Origin: Lepidodermella squamata
Lineage: Eukaryota > Animalia > Gastrotricha
Assembly: GCA_047495785.1 (NCBI GenBank)
Contig: JBLDXI010000010.1
Span: 1,426,001-1,490,000 of the forward strand
Length of the DNA stretch: 64,000 nt
Direction of reading: 5' to 3'
The position numbers and the translations under genes were made by a program. Position 1 is the stretch's first letter. The number at the start of each line of letters is the position of its first letter. Below are positions 60,992 through 64,000 of this stretch, in pieces. Under the pieces are notes generated by a model that did not search any database, was not told the origin of the DNA, and saw nothing but the letters and a program-made list of their open reading frames with translations.

Positions 60992-63900
60992 TCATCCGGA
61001 TGACTCAGACTCCGGAATGTCCATACCGGCTTCGACGTGACCAAGATCTTTCCTCTGATGAGGCGCTCCAGTTGCTGGTCTATTAGGACTTAATGGGTTT
61101 GGTACAAGCACATCAGACCGCTGGCCATTTACAAAGCCAGCAGTAGCAAGCTGTTGCTCTTCTTTCTTCTTTTCTAAATCTTCCATAAATCTTTCAGACG
61201 AATACTTGTTTCTCAATCGAGCTCGCAACTGGTGAAGTTGCCCCACCCGGCTTCTGTCTCTCAACCATTTTGTGAAATGATTCAGATTATGTCGAAATCG
61301 CTTAATATCTCTAGTCAGCGTCATGTAATCGAGGCATACAACAATACCCAAGAAGAAGCCGAGAATCGATAAGACTGTCGAGGCGGTAGCCACTGCTGTG
61401 TCTGATTCGTAGGCGACTACTTTCGCTGGCTTCGGTGCAGTCAAAAGGGCATTTCTCGAGCATGCAAGCTGCTGTTTGTCCCATGTGGCATTCTCGTTGC
61501 ATCGCCAATACGCAATTTGGTAGGTTTGGTTTTTGCTTGGTTCGTAACCTTGATTCCAGTCACACTCGAAAGCAACGACTTCGTTGTAGAGAATAGTTTC
61601 CACCTCAGAACTCGAGTTCATTATCCGATAATTCGCGATTTCAAAGCTTTGCGGCATCTCGCAACTCACAACTGATAAAAAATTACCAAAAATATACCTT
61701 CTATCAGTTGCCTCATGAAAATACTCACGAAGACATGCCAGTTGGTTGGTCGACCAATATCCAGAATCCAAACACGTATTGACGACCTGACTTAGAGGTG
61801 TGTTTTCTGTACCAGGCTCAATGTACAAGCTGTTAGCACCTTTGCTACATTTCATGGTATAGGTTTCGCCAAAAAAGTAGGTTCCATCTTTCAAATCAGT
61901 AATGTATGCATTTTCTTCCTCCATCGGCTTCGAGCACGTCACAACTGCAAAACGAATAATGCACTTCTTCAGCCCCTATAGTCGCGACGATAGAAATATT
62001 ACCAGAACAGATCGGTTGACCAACAGGCGTCCATGAACCGTTCGATTGACATGTTTTCACAAATAGTTCCAAGCTGGAATCTGTCTTGAAACCTTGCTTG
62101 CAGCTATAAGAAGCGATGCCACCAGTTTGATTCGCAGAAACATTGTAGAATGTGTTGATGCCATCAATTAGAGCTTTGCAAGGAGGAACTATAAATTCTC
62201 AGTATAATATTACTAAATAAGGTATGAGAGAAGCGTTTTCTTACGTAGGCATGAAGCTTTGCCATCAACCCAACTCCAGCCAGTTGAGCCACTGAAAGTG
62301 CATTCCATGAGCCCAGTTGTAGAGCCAGTCATATTATAGCCAGAATTGCAGATATACTTCACCCGGTCGCCCTTTTTGAAGTAATCCAGGGTGGTGGAGT
62401 TGACAAAATAAGCTTGTGCTAAAGATGGCGGATTTGAACAGGCTGTAGCTAAACACGTAGGATAATTGCTATTGATCCGGAGCCAGTTGCCTGTGGCTGC
62501 ATTCGGAGTGAATGGATCACAAACATGCATCCCAGTATCAGCGGCTGATTTTGCTGTAAAGCCCTTCTTGCACAACATCATAGCTGTCTGCATAAACCCG
62601 GCACTGCCATTAAAGGATTTCAAAGGCGGGGCTGATAAGGACCATTCAGCGTTGTCAGGTAAGGTAACACCTTTAGGTACAGCTGAGCAGTTATTAGATG
62701 GGCTCAATCGTCTTCCGCAGGTGTAAGCACATACGATCAGAGCCTCTTTTTCCGTTTCACAGGCTCCAGTAGCCGCCCACTCGCCACACGTGCAGTTCTG
62801 GTCAACAGGCAAACGTGGGTCGACTTCGCATTCACAAGTGGCCCATTTCGTGCATGTACCCTGGCACACAATCCACATGAACCCGGGATTAGACATGCAA
62901 CTGCCCTGATCCTTCCACGTTTTACACATCGGTCCAATGTCATTTCGAGGGGACAAGCAGAGTGTCGTATCGGTGGAAGGAGTGCAAAGGTTTGGGCCTG
63001 AGCACACTGAGCCTCCCGTACACGCCGGAACACAGCGGTCTAAAATATTGTTCAATCTTATAAACACAAATACCCAAAACTAGTCAAAACTCACATTGGG
63101 AACAATCGTCGCCAGTAAAGAAGTCAGTGCAATTGCATTTATCCGGAGCAGCGCACACGCCATCATTTTTACATTCAAAGGTGCAGATTGCTGAAAATAA
63201 GAAAGGATAGAGGCTAGAAAGGTTAGATCAGGTTCAAAGTATTACGCGTTGTGCAGGCAGGTCCACTCCATCCCGGAGCACAAGTGCATGTCTTGTCAGC
63301 ATTACATGTCCCACCATTGGCACATTTAGGGTCACAAAGAGCTACAGCATATTGCAAAGACAGATTAAGAAGATATTGGCGGATAATATGATACAACCTG
63401 TGTTGCAGGTGGCTCCGCCCCATGCCTCTGTGCAATTGCAGGTGTTCCAACCAACGCAAGTGCCGCCATTTAGACACGGATTTGTGCATGATACTGAGAA
63501 GTACCTGCACATATTCCGAACTCTGTTCAGACTGGATGCGTTCAGGGCAGCTTTGTAGATGGACGTACAGCCTAGGTTGAAAGTTGGCGGATTTGTTCCG
63601 TCGTGCCGGCGGCCAATGTACATCCAATAGCTTGTAACTGGAGGGGGGTTCATCGTCTTTGATCCAATAAATGTGGAGTTACAATAGAGGCTAATATTTC
63701 CCGAGGTTTTTTCATATGTGACTGCAATAAATTGATTGCCCGGTGTGAGCAAACAACTTCCCTTAAGACCAGCCGCCACACCACCACCATTCATTGGGTT
63801 GAACCATAGGTTATCAGCACTATCATACATCCACCAGTGCATAGCAAAGGATGTGTCGTTATTGGTAAACTCAACAATCGGTTGACTCGTTGATGACAGG

Positions 63901-64000
63901 ATTCGTATCGTTGCTGCAATTGTAAAAGATTGCCCTGCAAAGTTCAGCAGGCCGTGTCGATAAGTGACGAATTTCGGCGAGGGTGCGCCTTGAACCTGTA
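60992..64000 (-). CDS. Paralog G (3' part; 5' end beyond right edge), closest to F, 2-EGF stalk
   Basis: LamG5+EGF exon >64000-63398, EGF exons about 63341-63246 and 63190-63094, ShKT/Sushi exon about 63039-62245, Sushi exons about 62189-62003 and 61944-61729, last exon about 61671-60992 with [17 protein letters not shown] and stop. Confidence 0.88.

Noticed and set aside
60992-61942. 316-aa ORF as a single exon or stand-alone Sushi-TM gene
   Set aside because: It reads through a short stop-free intron (about 61728-61672) found at the same position in the other paralogs; it is the 3' end of G.
1-64000. Treating each listed ORF as a separate prokaryote-style gene or operon member
   Set aside because: The ORFs are exons: homology stops at GT/AG boundaries, ORF ends run into intron sequence and domains continue in the next exon.

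Overview
Eukaryotic (metazoan-type) genomic DNA with very short GT-AG introns (mostly about 45-60 nt), so the ORF track shows only exon fragments. Nearly the whole window is a minus-strand, head-to-tail tandem array of seven paralogous genes (labelled A-G left to right; A and G are cut by the window edges). They encode large single-pass receptors of about 2,200 aa (estimated from the gene B exons): signal peptide - 5x[LamG/pentraxin-like domain + EGF] - variable EGF stalk (8/8/8/2/10/2 exons in B-G) - EGF-like + 2 ShKT-like - 5 Sushi/CCP - TM - about 110 aa cytoplasmic tail. The array shows active reshuffling: a chimeric copy (D), an apparently identical 435-bp conversion tract between B and C, an 11-bp frameshift in E, a duplicated first exon for F, paralog-specific intron absence and two decayed relics. 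Between D and E lies a two-exon gene missed by the ORF track. It encodes a 99-aa prepropeptide ending in a Lys-rich, cecropin-like 32-mer, a candidate antimicrobial peptide. Introns and spacers hold a 5'-truncated CR1/L2-like LINE and several non-autonomous DNA transposons/MITEs. An innate-immune or recognition role for the locus is inference only. Exon boundaries were read by eye and may be off by a few bases.
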